Below, in pieces: positions 1-9,386 of a stretch of 64,000 bases of DNA (its first letter is position 1; every line of letters starts with the position of its first letter). Under the pieces are notes generated by a model. The model was not told where the DNA came from. It searched no databases and saw nothing but the letters and a program-made list of their open reading frames with translations. Origin of the DNA: Candidatus Hodarchaeota archaeon (GTDB lineage: Archaea; Asgardarchaeota; Heimdallarchaeia; Hodarchaeales; Hodarchaeaceae); assembly GCA_016840035.1 (NCBI GenBank), contig JAEOTC010000076.1, positions 1 through 64,000 of the forward strand, read 5' to 3'. A program made the translations under genes and the position numbers.

Positions 1-21
1 AATTATTGATCATTTCTTACC

Positions 22-69
22 ATATGAACAATTTCCACATGTTTATATGAACAATGTTTATTGTCCATA
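22..69. promoter_or_regulatory. Operator-like direct and inverted repeat overlapping a TATA-like box
   Basis: ATATGAACAAT at 22-32 and 45-55; TATGAACAAT-gttt-ATTGTCCATA inverted repeat at 46-69 (1 mismatch); TTTATAT at 42-48. Confidence 0.55.
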
Positions 70-97
70 CTGAGAGAAAAAACAAGAATTCTACGAA

Positions 98-1837
98 ATG
101 ATTAGAATGGCTTCCTCTGACGCTGTATGGCACTCATTGAGCAAAGAAGATCGAAAAAAAGAATTGATACAGCGTAGATTAGATAATCAAACTTTTGAAC
201 AGATTGCAAAGGATTTATTAGGAACCCCGAAGAAAAAATCCACCATATGGGCATGGGCTCAGAGAAATATGGATAACAATGAAATTTACCCTGCTCTCAG
301 GGCATTATCCCCTGAACCTTTTAAGAAATTCGGGGAGGTTGAACAATGGATCATGTATGACGTTCTTCAATATCTATTTCCACGTTTAGACGCAATGACT
401 GAACATCTCCTTACTGAAGTTCAAAAGACATTAGATAAACAGGATAAACTGCGAGCTGAACAAGAGGTTAAGTTTAAACAAACAGCTGGTTTTTTGGATG
501 AACTTGAACAGCGAGTTATGTCATCTATTCAGCGAAATCTTCGATCAGTTCAAATTCAATCAGGTTCAGCTCCACAACCACCCCGACCTATGGTTGGTGG
601 GGCACCTCCGCCTCCCCCTCCTCCAGGAAGTACCGTACTTCCTACAAGTACCGTACCATCAGGTTCGATGGCCGCTCTACGAACAGATTTTGAAGAAATG
701 AACATGGAGGAAATAACATCTCTCCCACCTGACTTTTTAGAAGCTCTTACTCCTGTAGATCGGGGGAGAATTCAAAATCGGGTCAAAGAGCTGAAAATGA
801 TTGAGAAGATGGCACCTGAGGAACGAGAGGAGTATTTGAGGAAGAAGGAGGAGGAAAAAGCACGGTCCGAAGCAGCTGAAGGTCTAGGTACCTCTCTTAC
901 AGCAATGTTAGACGACGAAGACTCGTTGTTTGCACGGATGCGTCAATCTGCAGATGAATCTGAAGTATCTGGTACGGGTACATTTGGTAAATTCACCACA
1001 GAGTATACGTACATTTATTGTATTGCCTGTGGAAAGACCAATCGTTCAGAAGAAGAGTCGATTGAGGAATGCGGCTATTGTTATGCTGATTCGGATCATC
1101 TAGTTACTGATGACGAGAAATCTAACTTCACTTATCATGAGTGTTTATCCCAAAAATCTCGAGAATATGTTGACCTTGACTATACGCGTGGAAAACAAAT
1201 CAGAATTCTCTCTCGTTGGAAAAAACCCAATGAAGAAGCAACTCATCCTCATAAATGTCCTCCTGATCAAATCCGAGATATAACAACTGCAATTATGTCA
1301 AAAGCTGATCCAGATAAACAGTTCTCGTACTATCTTACACTATTTCGCTTGTACACGCAGTTTAAACTCCAACCCGATTTGAAACCCTTGTTTGAACAGC
1401 TTTCGGCAACCATCCAAAAGCTTCCAGACAGTCCATCCAAGGAAGTTGCAATTACAGATACCTATGAACTGATGGATCATATTCTAGCAATTATTGCTTG
1501 GATGACTGAAAGAAATGTGATTGAAGCTCTCTCTAACTATGCTGACATTCAAGCTAGTATTGATAATCTTGTACTTGATATTGATCCTCTAAGGGACTCT
1601 GAATCTCCTCAAGAGTTACGAAAAGCCAGTGATATAGGGAGTGTAACCTCCAAAGCTGACCAATTATTGAATAAATTTACTGCGATTATTCTACAGATCG
1701 AATCGGAAATTGTGATCCCCTCTCAATGGAAATGTACTAGTTGCAACAATGTCTTTGAAGTGAAGGATCGAAATAAGACTCCTGAAAAATGCGAGTCCTG
1801 TGGGAAAATTATTACCCAACTTCTGCCTGTAGATTAG
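98..1837 (+). CDS. Multidomain protein: N-terminal HTH, coiled coil, polyproline tract, two zinc ribbons
   Basis: TFEQIAKDLLG..KSTIWAW (HTH-like); GGAPPPPPPPG; CIAC..CGYC and CTSC..CESC. Confidence 0.75.
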   Translation: MIRMASSDAVWHSLSKEDRKKELIQRRLDNQTFEQIAKDLLGTPKKKSTIWAWAQRNMDNNEIYPALRALSPEPFKKFGEVEQWIMYDVLQYLFPRLDAMTEHLLTEVQKTLDKQDKLRAEQEVKFKQTAGFLDELEQRVMSSIQRNLRSVQIQSGSAPQPPRPMVGGAPPPPPPPGSTVLPTSTVPSGSMAALRTDFEEMNMEEITSLPPDFLEALTPVDRGRIQNRVKELKMIEKMAPEEREEYLRKKEEEKARSEAAEGLGTSLTAMLDDEDSLFARMRQSADESEVSGTGTFGKFTTEYTYIYCIACGKTNRSEEESIEECGYCYADSDHLVTDDEKSNFTYHECLSQKSREYVDLDYTRGKQIRILSRWKKPNEEATHPHKCPPDQIRDITTAIMSKADPDKQFSYYLTLFRLYTQFKLQPDLKPLFEQLSATIQKLPDSPSKEVAITDTYELMDHILAIIAWMTERNVIEALSNYADIQASIDNLVLDIDPLRDSESPQELRKASDIGSVTSKADQLLNKFTAIILQIESEIVIPSQWKCTSCNNVFEVKDRNKTPEKCESCGKIITQLLPVD

Positions 1838-1856
1838 ATGTTAGATAGTTTTGAGG

Positions 1857-3158
1857 TTAAGGAGTGGCACGATTAATTAATCGTGGATAGAGACATGCTT
1901 CGCGAATGTGATCTAAGTTAAGAATCGCTTGAACAAATCTCTCAAGACCGAGACCAAATCCTGAATGTGGAACGGTTCCATATTTTCTTTGATCTAAGTA
2001 CCAATAGTATGGACTAGGATCCAAACCTTCCTCTTTCATTCGATTGAGTAATAATTCGTAATCATCTTCCCTCTGAGAGGCGCCAATTATCTCTCCTACA
2101 TTGGGGATCAGCAGATCAGCGGCATTCATAACCTTTGGGTTGTTATCATTAAGTTTCATATAGAATGGTTTCATTCCAACGGGGAAGTGAGTTAAGAAGG
2201 TAGGTTTTCCTATAGCATCAACCAACATTCGTTCAGGTCCTTCCGTTAGGTCTTCTCCATATTCGAGAAAAGTCCCTGATTCACCTTTTATATCATACTC
2301 TCTTAATAGGTCAATCGCTTTCTCATATGATACTCTTTCAAAAGGTTTCTTAGGAATATCTACCTTCTGATCGAATTTTGCTACTGTAGGGGACTCTTTG
2401 GCACTTGAATAGACATGAATCATCATATCTTCCATAAAGTTCAACAGATCATCAAAATCATACCAAGGCATTTCTGCCTCGATATGGGTGTATTCAGTCA
2501 AATGCCTTCTTGTTCGTGATTTTTCAGCTCTAAAGGAAGGAAGGACGCAAAAAACGTTCCCCAAGCTAGCTAAAACCGTTTCTAAATATAATTGACTAGA
2601 TTGAGTTAGATAGGCTTCCTGTTCAAAATAATCAAAGCTGAATAGAGTGGATCCTCCTTCAACCTGCGTTTGGACAATTGTACTAGGTGTTACTTCCACA
2701 AAATCTCGTAAAAAGAAGAATTTTCTGAAACTTCTGGTCATCAAATCACGAAACCGCATGATATCAGAAGCTTGCTCACCACGAAGTACTAAATGCCGTT
2801 TATTCAGCAATACTTGTGGTCCTGAATCGGGACGTATTTCATGTTCCAATTCAGGTGATGCATAATCTATTACTGGAGAAATATTATTAATCTGAAGTTC
2901 TAACCCATTATAAGGAGCTCGCTTATCTTCTTTCACTACTCCCTTTGCCGTAACGGCTGTTTCACGTGTTAATTTTTTCGCAACAGTTGTAGCTGCTTCA
3001 CCACTGGCAGGTTTAATAACCGATTGAATATAACCAGTGTTATCACGAATAACAAGGAAAGTGAGCTTTCCCTGTCGTCTAACATGATGTAACCAGCCAC
3101 GTACTGAAACTTCTTCACCTATTCTACTTTTTAGTGATTTAATGGATTCAAAACTCAA
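1857..3158 (-). CDS. asnS: Asparagine--tRNA ligase
   Basis: N-terminal OB fold (VRGW..VRRQGKLTF); YLTQSSQLYLE; FRAEKSRTRRHLTEY; WYLDQRKYGTVPHSGFGLGLER. Confidence 0.93.
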   Translation of the reverse strand: MSFESIKSLKSRIGEEVSVRGWLHHVRRQGKLTFLVIRDNTGYIQSVIKPASGEAATTVAKKLTRETAVTAKGVVKEDKRAPYNGLELQINNISPVIDYASPELEHEIRPDSGPQVLLNKRHLVLRGEQASDIMRFRDLMTRSFRKFFFLRDFVEVTPSTIVQTQVEGGSTLFSFDYFEQEAYLTQSSQLYLETVLASLGNVFCVLPSFRAEKSRTRRHLTEYTHIEAEMPWYDFDDLLNFMEDMMIHVYSSAKESPTVAKFDQKVDIPKKPFERVSYEKAIDLLREYDIKGESGTFLEYGEDLTEGPERMLVDAIGKPTFLTHFPVGMKPFYMKLNDNNPKVMNAADLLIPNVGEIIGASQREDDYELLLNRMKEEGLDPSPYYWYLDQRKYGTVPHSGFGLGLERFVQAILNLDHIREACLYPRLINRATP

Positions 3159-3323
3159 TGTAAGACCTTCTTACAATTAATAAATATTGGAAATCATTTT
3201 TGTTCAAATTTCCAATTCAAGTAGAGCGTTCTAAGTTGTTCTTTTACCAGTTTTGAGAATGACTTTCTGATTTGTTTTCATCTAAATTATAATAAATAGA
3301 ATTCGTAGTACTAAGATGGACGA

Positions 3324-4088
3324 ATGAAAATGAGAAGATCAATCATTTTTATCTGTTTAAGTATAATACTATCACCTTCTTTTGTGTTATCTTCCTCTAA
3401 TAGTCTTGACACCTCAAATTTTGAATGGAAAGTAACAATGGGAGATTCCATAACATATACCTATACAAAATTTTTCGATCGGTTTGATACAGATAGAAAT
3501 GGAGATCCCTTCTCACGACTTCTTACGATAGTCAACACAGACTCAGAAGTGGTCAATATCACCGTGAAAAGGGGATTAGAGATCAAAGCCGTAATTCACG
3601 ATCTCCCAGAATCAGGAGAGGAAGGGCAACTAGTTGATATTCAGTTATCATTTAACGGAATCACCACAGAAGTAAATCAATATGTAGGTTTTTTGGGTGG
3701 TGTCATTGTAAGAGAAACTATCGATAATGAGAGCTATTGGAAAGATCTTGAAGTACAAGAATCTGAGGTTGGAATATCTTATAATTTTACGATTAGTGAG
3801 TACGTTGAAGGAAATGAGTTCATTAGAGAGTTTCATTCAATCTACTCATGGGGGGGAGTTGAACTCACGAAATTCAAAGTGAATTGGAAAACGGGTTGGT
3901 CTACCCATTTCTATATGAGATTAGCTAATAAAACTCATATATTGTCAGAATTTGAAGTAACTACAGACCCGTTAATATTGGAATATTTCTCGAATCTTGA
4001 GAGAATTTCTATTCCTCTCTTGTTCCTTCTGATCCTAACATGCATTGTCATTTTTGGGAAACTGAAAAATCGGAATTTCGGGTATTAA
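3324..4088 (+). CDS. Secreted, C-terminally membrane-anchored surface protein
   Basis: Signal peptide; C-terminal hydrophobic helix followed by basic residues; DTDRNGD loop. Confidence 0.7.
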   Translation: MKMRRSIIFICLSIILSPSFVLSSSNSLDTSNFEWKVTMGDSITYTYTKFFDRFDTDRNGDPFSRLLTIVNTDSEVVNITVKRGLEIKAVIHDLPESGEEGQLVDIQLSFNGITTEVNQYVGFLGGVIVRETIDNESYWKDLEVQESEVGISYNFTISEYVEGNEFIREFHSIYSWGGVELTKFKVNWKTGWSTHFYMRLANKTHILSEFEVTTDPLILEYFSNLERISIPLLFLLILTCIVIFGKLKNRNFGY

Positions 4089-4165
4089 ATTAGACAAAAT
4101 ATTAGTAGTGGTATTCTACTAGAACTCTCTTCTGAAGTAACACCTTTTTAAATTCTCAATACCAT

Positions 4166-4183
4166 TAGCTATTAGAATAGCTA
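4166..4183. promoter_or_regulatory. Perfect 8-bp inverted repeat upstream of the Rab-like gene
   Basis: TAGCTATT-ag-AATAGCTA. Confidence 0.35.
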
Positions 4184-4234
4184 TTTATTACTAACCATCT
4201 GACAGAGATATGAGCTGTTTATAATCTCGTTAAT

Positions 4235-4789
4235 GTGGTCATTTTTATGGTCATGTACAGTTGTAAAGTCATATTACTAGGACAGGGTGGCGTAGGTAAA
4301 ACCTCTGTCATCAGGCGATTTGTAGAGCAGGCTTTCAGTCATGATTATAAAACAACGGTTGGTAGTAACTTTTTACTCAAACGACTACAGCTCGATGCCG
4401 AAACACGTATGACAATTCAGATCTGGGATTTGTCAGGCCAAGATAGCTTTAGGAATATTCGCACACAGTATTTCTTGCACTCCCATGGTGGAATCATGGT
4501 ATATGATTTAACACGACCGGAAACACTTGAAAAACTGAATAAATGGCATGTTGATTTTACTGAGAAGGCAGGTGACGTTCCATTAATGCTCTTTGGCAAT
4601 AAGGTTGATTTGAAGGAAGCAAGAGTAGTTAAACCCGAGGCAGGTATTCAAAAAGCGGAGAAGTTTAATGCCACATATTATGAAACCTCCGCTCTTGATG
4701 GAACTAATGTTCAGGAAGCGTTCACTCAGCTAGCTCTCCAGATTATTGCACATATTGATGCTAGAAGAAGTAAAATTGCAAAAAAGTGA
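4235..4789 (+). CDS. Rab-like small GTPase (start may be a downstream ATG)
   Basis: G1 GQGGVGKT; G2 YKTTVG; G3 WDLSGQ; G4 NKVD; G5 ETSA. Confidence 0.92.
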   Translation: MVIFMVMYSCKVILLGQGGVGKTSVIRRFVEQAFSHDYKTTVGSNFLLKRLQLDAETRMTIQIWDLSGQDSFRNIRTQYFLHSHGGIMVYDLTRPETLEKLNKWHVDFTEKAGDVPLMLFGNKVDLKEARVVKPEAGIQKAEKFNATYYETSALDGTNVQEAFTQLALQIIAHIDARRSKIAKK

Positions 4790-4988
4790 CAATTTTACTT
4801 TTTACGCAATTCGGTTTTATCTATGTATTATTACTGAGATTATTGAGGCATTGGGAAACTTTTCACCTATCGATACCAGACTTTTTTCCATCCCTCATCC
4901 TTCTTCACAATCCATTCCTTTGAAAATAAATCTATTTATAGGAGTACTATGATTATTCAATTACCGGGTGTGAAAGAGCCGAGTAATT

Positions 4989-5186
4989 ATGAGTAAAAAG
5001 GACGATCCTCTATTAATATTTACTACGAAAGTTAGTCGTTGTGCCAATGGTTACCATCTAAAAATTCGGAAAAAAGATGTTGAATTACTAAAATTAGCCG
5101 GTCAGATGGTCAAGATAAAGGTGTACTCTGTCGGCCTAGATGAAGAGGAAGAAGCAAAAGATCCTTATGAAAAGTTAGTTGATTAA
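4989..5186 (+). CDS. Small AbrB/DUF2080-like swapped-hairpin protein
   Basis: TKVSRCANGYHLKI..L.GQMVKIKV pattern; acidic tail. Confidence 0.55.
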   Translation: MSKKDDPLLIFTTKVSRCANGYHLKIRKKDVELLKLAGQMVKIKVYSVGLDEEEEAKDPYEKLVD

Positions 5187-5238
5187 CGAAGGCTTTTAAC
5201 CATTTATTCCTACCCGATTATGAAGAGGTTTCATTCAC

Positions 5239-5997
5239 ATGTCCGAAGGATCGTTAAATGTAAAACCAACGGGGATCACAAATTTCGATAAAATTTTAGG
5301 TGGTGGGTTACCTGCAGGTTGGTTTATTGCATTACGAGGAGGAGCTGGTGTAGGAAAAACAACTCTTGCTATCCAGTTTCTACTTGAAGGAATTCTGAAG
5401 TATCATGATCCAGGTTTGTTAGTCACTTTCAATGAACCATTACCCGCATTGAATGCCATTATGCGAAATTATGGATGGGATTTACAGGGATTACAAGATA
5501 TGGGAGAACTATCCGTCCTAGATTTTAGTTCAACAGAAATGGGGATCATGCAACAAGCTAGCCGACTGCGGGAAGCCTCCCTTGATTATGTTACACAGAA
5601 AATCATAGACGAAGTTAGACGATTAGGTGTCAACCGATTAGTTATCGATCCATTAAACACATTCTCGTTACTCTTCCGAGATTTATTTGAAGTCCGTAAA
5701 GAACTCCATCGTGTAATCGGTATTTTGTGGCAAGAGAAATGTACAACATTAGCTGTGTATGAGAATACTGATGATGCAGTTACTGATGTCCAAAATCCAC
5801 AGTTTTCTACAGAGGATTTCTTATCGTATGGTGTAATCAATCTCCAATATATGCTTGTGAACTCCTCACGAGAACGAGCCATTGAAATTCTGAAAATGCG
5901 TGGTATGAATCACAGTAAACGTGTTCATCCTTTCGCAATAACTACTAAAGGAATTGACATTAAGGTAGACAAACCGATTGATTTTAGTAAAAGATGA
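5239..5997 (+). CDS. Single-domain KaiC-like (RecA superfamily) ATPase
   Basis: PTGI..FDKILGGG; Walker A GGAGVGKT; RLVID; ILKMRG..H. Confidence 0.9.
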   Translation: MSEGSLNVKPTGITNFDKILGGGLPAGWFIALRGGAGVGKTTLAIQFLLEGILKYHDPGLLVTFNEPLPALNAIMRNYGWDLQGLQDMGELSVLDFSSTEMGIMQQASRLREASLDYVTQKIIDEVRRLGVNRLVIDPLNTFSLLFRDLFEVRKELHRVIGILWQEKCTTLAVYENTDDAVTDVQNPQFSTEDFLSYGVINLQYMLVNSSRERAIEILKMRGMNHSKRVHPFAITTKGIDIKVDKPIDFSKR

Positions 5998-6080
5998 CTG
6001 ATTTCTTTTACTAGTACAGAACCATTTTTCAATTCGCATAGACTACTTCCTTTTACACATATTTAACACCCTGATGCATC

Positions 6081-6869
6081 ATGGAAGAACATCTTAAGAC
6101 TCAAACTTGGAGAATTATTCCCTATTCCCAAAACGATGCCTATCTCAATATGGGTATAGATGAAGCCATCTACCAGCTATATAAAGATCATAAAATTAAT
6201 ACCCTACGGTTATATAGTTGGTACCCGAGCACAGCATCAATTGGTCACCATCAATGTCTAAATGACGAAATAGATTTATCTATGGTTAAGAAACATCAGT
6301 TTCAAGCGGTAAGACGTATTTCTGGTGGAGGTGCCGTTTTTCATGATTCAACGAAAGAATTAACATATTCTGTCGTAACCAATACCGAGTATGTATCGAA
6401 TAAATCCATTGAAGCAAGTTACTATCAGATTGTGAACCTCTTATTCTCTCCCCTTGCCAAACTTGGCATTCTAGTGAATTATGACCAGGTTCACTGCCCA
6501 AGTGTATTTAGTAAAGGCAAGAAAATATCTGGGAATGCTCAAGCTAGATCAGGAAATGTGATTCTCCAGCATGGAACGATTCTCATTGATTATGATCCCG
6601 AATTAATGTATTCTGTTCTTAAAGCTCGTCCAGGGAGGACTAAAACGCAAATGGTACAGTCTGTGTATCAAAAGATTACTACGATACAGGAACAAACACA
6701 AACAACAACGTTTTCTCCTTCCTCCCTAGCAGAATTTATTATTCAAGATTTATTAGAAAGCCATCCTACGACTTTTTCATTGGGGAAATTAACTGAAGAA
6801 GAAAAACAACTCTCAGAGAGATTGACTGAAGAAAGGTATAAATCTGAAGAATGGTTATTTCTCAAGTAG
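6081..6869 (+). CDS. Lipoate-protein ligase family protein (LplA/LipM)
   Basis: NMGIDEA; RRISGGGAVFHD; KKISGNAQ; LQHGT. Confidence 0.9.
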   Translation: MEEHLKTQTWRIIPYSQNDAYLNMGIDEAIYQLYKDHKINTLRLYSWYPSTASIGHHQCLNDEIDLSMVKKHQFQAVRRISGGGAVFHDSTKELTYSVVTNTEYVSNKSIEASYYQIVNLLFSPLAKLGILVNYDQVHCPSVFSKGKKISGNAQARSGNVILQHGTILIDYDPELMYSVLKARPGRTKTQMVQSVYQKITTIQEQTQTTTFSPSSLAEFIIQDLLESHPTTFSLGKLTEEEKQLSERLTEERYKSEEWLFLK

Positions 6870-7824
6870 ATATTCCAACTTGATCCTGAAATTCTTGCTG
6901 AAGATAATAAACTAAAAAATTCTTTGGAAATAAATATCTACCATTTGTTTGATATTTATTCAGCTCTTGGGGGAATGTTTTCTCGAGATGATCCACTACC
7001 GATTCCGCTACCATCCTAGCTAAGGAGAGATCTGATTTATTATCCACAATTATCGCACATAGAAGTGTTTTTTTCTTAACTATTACTATCGAATAATTCT
7101 CAGCAATTAAGGAATCTAATCCCTCAGTAGCTCCCATCATACCTCTGGCAATTTCATCAATTGCATTCAAAAATCCAGGCACAATATCATTATCCATTGC
7201 TGATTTAGGTTGGTTCATAAATAAGTGAGAAGCAATAGGCATACCTGAACGAAGAAAAAGATAAATTCCCTCAATTTTGATATATTTTTTCGACATAGAA
7301 ATCGTTATTTTTTGAGAAAACCAGTTTAATGCCCGATAAATATTCAGGCCTGTTTTAACAGATATCTCGAAAATTTGAAATGATCTAGTAGGACTCTGAT
7401 GTGGTAAGTTCCGAAGCTTAACCTTATCAATTAGCTTGGGCAGTTCCATATGAGTTAAATCCGCCTTATTTGCTAATATCATGAGAGGGGCCTCTGGATT
7501 CCATTCTAGGCATTTCCACAGCCATTCCACCGAAACATCCAGCTTCTCGAGATCGCTCGCATCAATCATAAAGACAATGCCTTGTGAAAGTTTTACATAC
7601 TCTTCCCAAAACATTTCTCGGAATCTTTCCTGACCCCCCAGATCAAACAGCTGAAAAAGTGTGCCTTGAATTTCCAACATTTCGGTATCGAGTCCTGTAG
7701 TCGGAAGAGTTTTGCCAAATTCACCAGTTTGTAATCGTAACACAAAAGATGATTTTCCTGCAAATTCTAACCCGACGATAACAATTGGAATCCGTTTTCT
7801 GGGAAGATATTGCACGTTGTACAC
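6862..7824 (-). CDS. Arf/Sar-like small GTPase fused to a C-terminal longin-like domain
   Basis: GLEFAGKS; PTTG; FDLGGQ; ANKAD; ISVKTG; C-terminal GIYLFLRSGMPIASH..GFLNAI pattern. Confidence 0.8.
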   Translation of the reverse strand: MYNVQYLPRKRIPIVIVGLEFAGKSSFVLRLQTGEFGKTLPTTGLDTEMLEIQGTLFQLFDLGGQERFREMFWEEYVKLSQGIVFMIDASDLEKLDVSVEWLWKCLEWNPEAPLMILANKADLTHMELPKLIDKVKLRNLPHQSPTRSFQIFEISVKTGLNIYRALNWFSQKITISMSKKYIKIEGIYLFLRSGMPIASHLFMNQPKSAMDNDIVPGFLNAIDEIARGMMGATEGLDSLIAENYSIVIVKKKTLLCAIIVDNKSDLSLARMVAESVVDHLEKTFPQELNKYQTNGRYLFPKNFLVYYLQQEFQDQVGIST

Positions 7825-7996
7825 AACTTGGACACTTAGTACTAAGTAATTCGGTGCATTAGTGTGTCCTCAGTACGAATCACCACTACTCCTATTTAAT
7901 CATATCTTAATTAACTGAGAATGCAAACTCCCTCCTATTCCTCTTTGCTCTAGTTAAAACAGATTTCAGATTAGTCTCGTAAAGAGACTTTCAAAT

Positions 7997-9370
7997 TCAC
8001 TTTGTAAGGAATTCATCCACAATCGTTCGTGCAAATGTGATTAATTCTGACTGACGGTCAATATTTTCCTTTGGATCGTATACTTCTACCGTCAAAGTGT
8101 TCTCTTCTGTTGCTAAATGAAGATGAATCCATTCATTCTCTTGGGTGATAAGTTTGATGCCAATGAATGTATCGATTACATGGAATTCTGAGGGAGGGTT
8201 ATTTAAAACTGATTTAAAGAATTCAAACATCCTGTTTAATGGAAATGTTACTTCAGCTAATCTTTGTGTAAACACTTGATGATTTCTATAGAGATCAGTT
8301 GATTTCAATTTAGTTTTTGCCATCTGAGATAATACAGTAAATGATGCAACAATAGCATCCGATCCTGGGGAAAAAACAGGCAATACAAACAAGCCAGTAT
8401 CATTAAAACCATATATTCCTCGGTGAGTAAGTACAGCCCGACCTAATCCTCCGGGTTCTCCATGTCCAGAAAAGACAATGTTTTTATTTAATCCATAGTA
8501 TACTGATGGGTGGACTGAGCTTCCTACAACGACTGTTGCGTTGGAATTGGGATCATATCGTGAATGAAGATTGACAGAAGCGGTTTCCTCCGCTGTTCGA
8601 ATTCGTCCTTGACTATCAATTATTATAGCATGACGAGCTTCAGCATCCAAAGCAATGCCTAAATCTGCTCCAATTGCTCTTACCATTTCTCTCAATCGAA
8701 CTAATGAGCTTGGATTTGGCAAAAAAAGAGGATTACGAGGTCGATGAGCATTCAAAGTTATTACTTGACAGCCAAATTCACTAAGTAGATCAGGCATAAT
8801 TCTGGATGCTGGACCACATGCACAATCAACAACTACACGAAGATTTGCTTCTTTCATTGCTTCTTTACTCGAGTTGAAGAATCCAGCCAATGCCCTGTCA
8901 TAGACCTTCATAGCGTCCGCAACACTTATCCAACCTACATCAGGAGCTGCTGCTCTTCTAAGGTTTCCTGATTTTGCAATTTCAACGATTTTATCGACTT
9001 GTTGACTTTGGTATTCGATACCTGTCGCGTCAAAGAGCTTGATTGATACCATCCCTGCAAGATTATGACTTCGAGTAAGCATCACTCCAGCATCGGCACC
9101 ATATCTTCGTACTGCAAATTGTAAGATACTTGTGGGAATACCATGAAGATCAATTAGTTCGATCCCTGCGGAAAGAAGTCCTCCAGAAAATGAACGTTTA
9201 AGCATACGAGTATCCCGTCGATAATCTCGACCAATCATAACGACGGCATTGGAATTTAACGATGTACCCATTGCTCCACCTATAAGAGCAGCAAGTTCTG
9301 GAGTTAATTCGGTGTTAGAAAATGCAGTTATTCGACCGCCTTTTGTAAATTGTTCAAGTTCCTTTAACAT
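7997..9370 (-). CDS. Phosphohexomutase (PMM/PGM) family protein with a degenerate metal-binding loop
   Basis: GRDYR; TRSHN; VVDC..G; DAEARH in place of DxDxDR. Confidence 0.8.
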   Translation of the reverse strand: MLKELEQFTKGGRITAFSNTELTPELAALIGGAMGTSLNSNAVVMIGRDYRRDTRMLKRSFSGGLLSAGIELIDLHGIPTSILQFAVRRYGADAGVMLTRSHNLAGMVSIKLFDATGIEYQSQQVDKIVEIAKSGNLRRAAAPDVGWISVADAMKVYDRALAGFFNSSKEAMKEANLRVVVDCACGPASRIMPDLLSEFGCQVITLNAHRPRNPLFLPNPSSLVRLREMVRAIGADLGIALDAEARHAIIIDSQGRIRTAEETASVNLHSRYDPNSNATVVVGSSVHPSVYYGLNKNIVFSGHGEPGGLGRAVLTHRGIYGFNDTGLFVLPVFSPGSDAIVASFTVLSQMAKTKLKSTDLYRNHQVFTQRLAEVTFPLNRMFEFFKSVLNNPPSEFHVIDTFIGIKLITQENEWIHLHLATEENTLTVEVYDPKENIDRQSELITFARTIVDEFLTK

Positions 9371-9386
9371 CAGTTTAACTTCCTTC

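Noticed and set aside
1857-3158. Non-discriminating AspRS
   Set aside because: The SRTRRHL and WYLDQRKYG..PHSG motifs fit AsnRS
5239-5997. Circadian clock KaiC
   Set aside because: Single domain and no kaiA/kaiB; a generic archaeal KaiC-like ATPase
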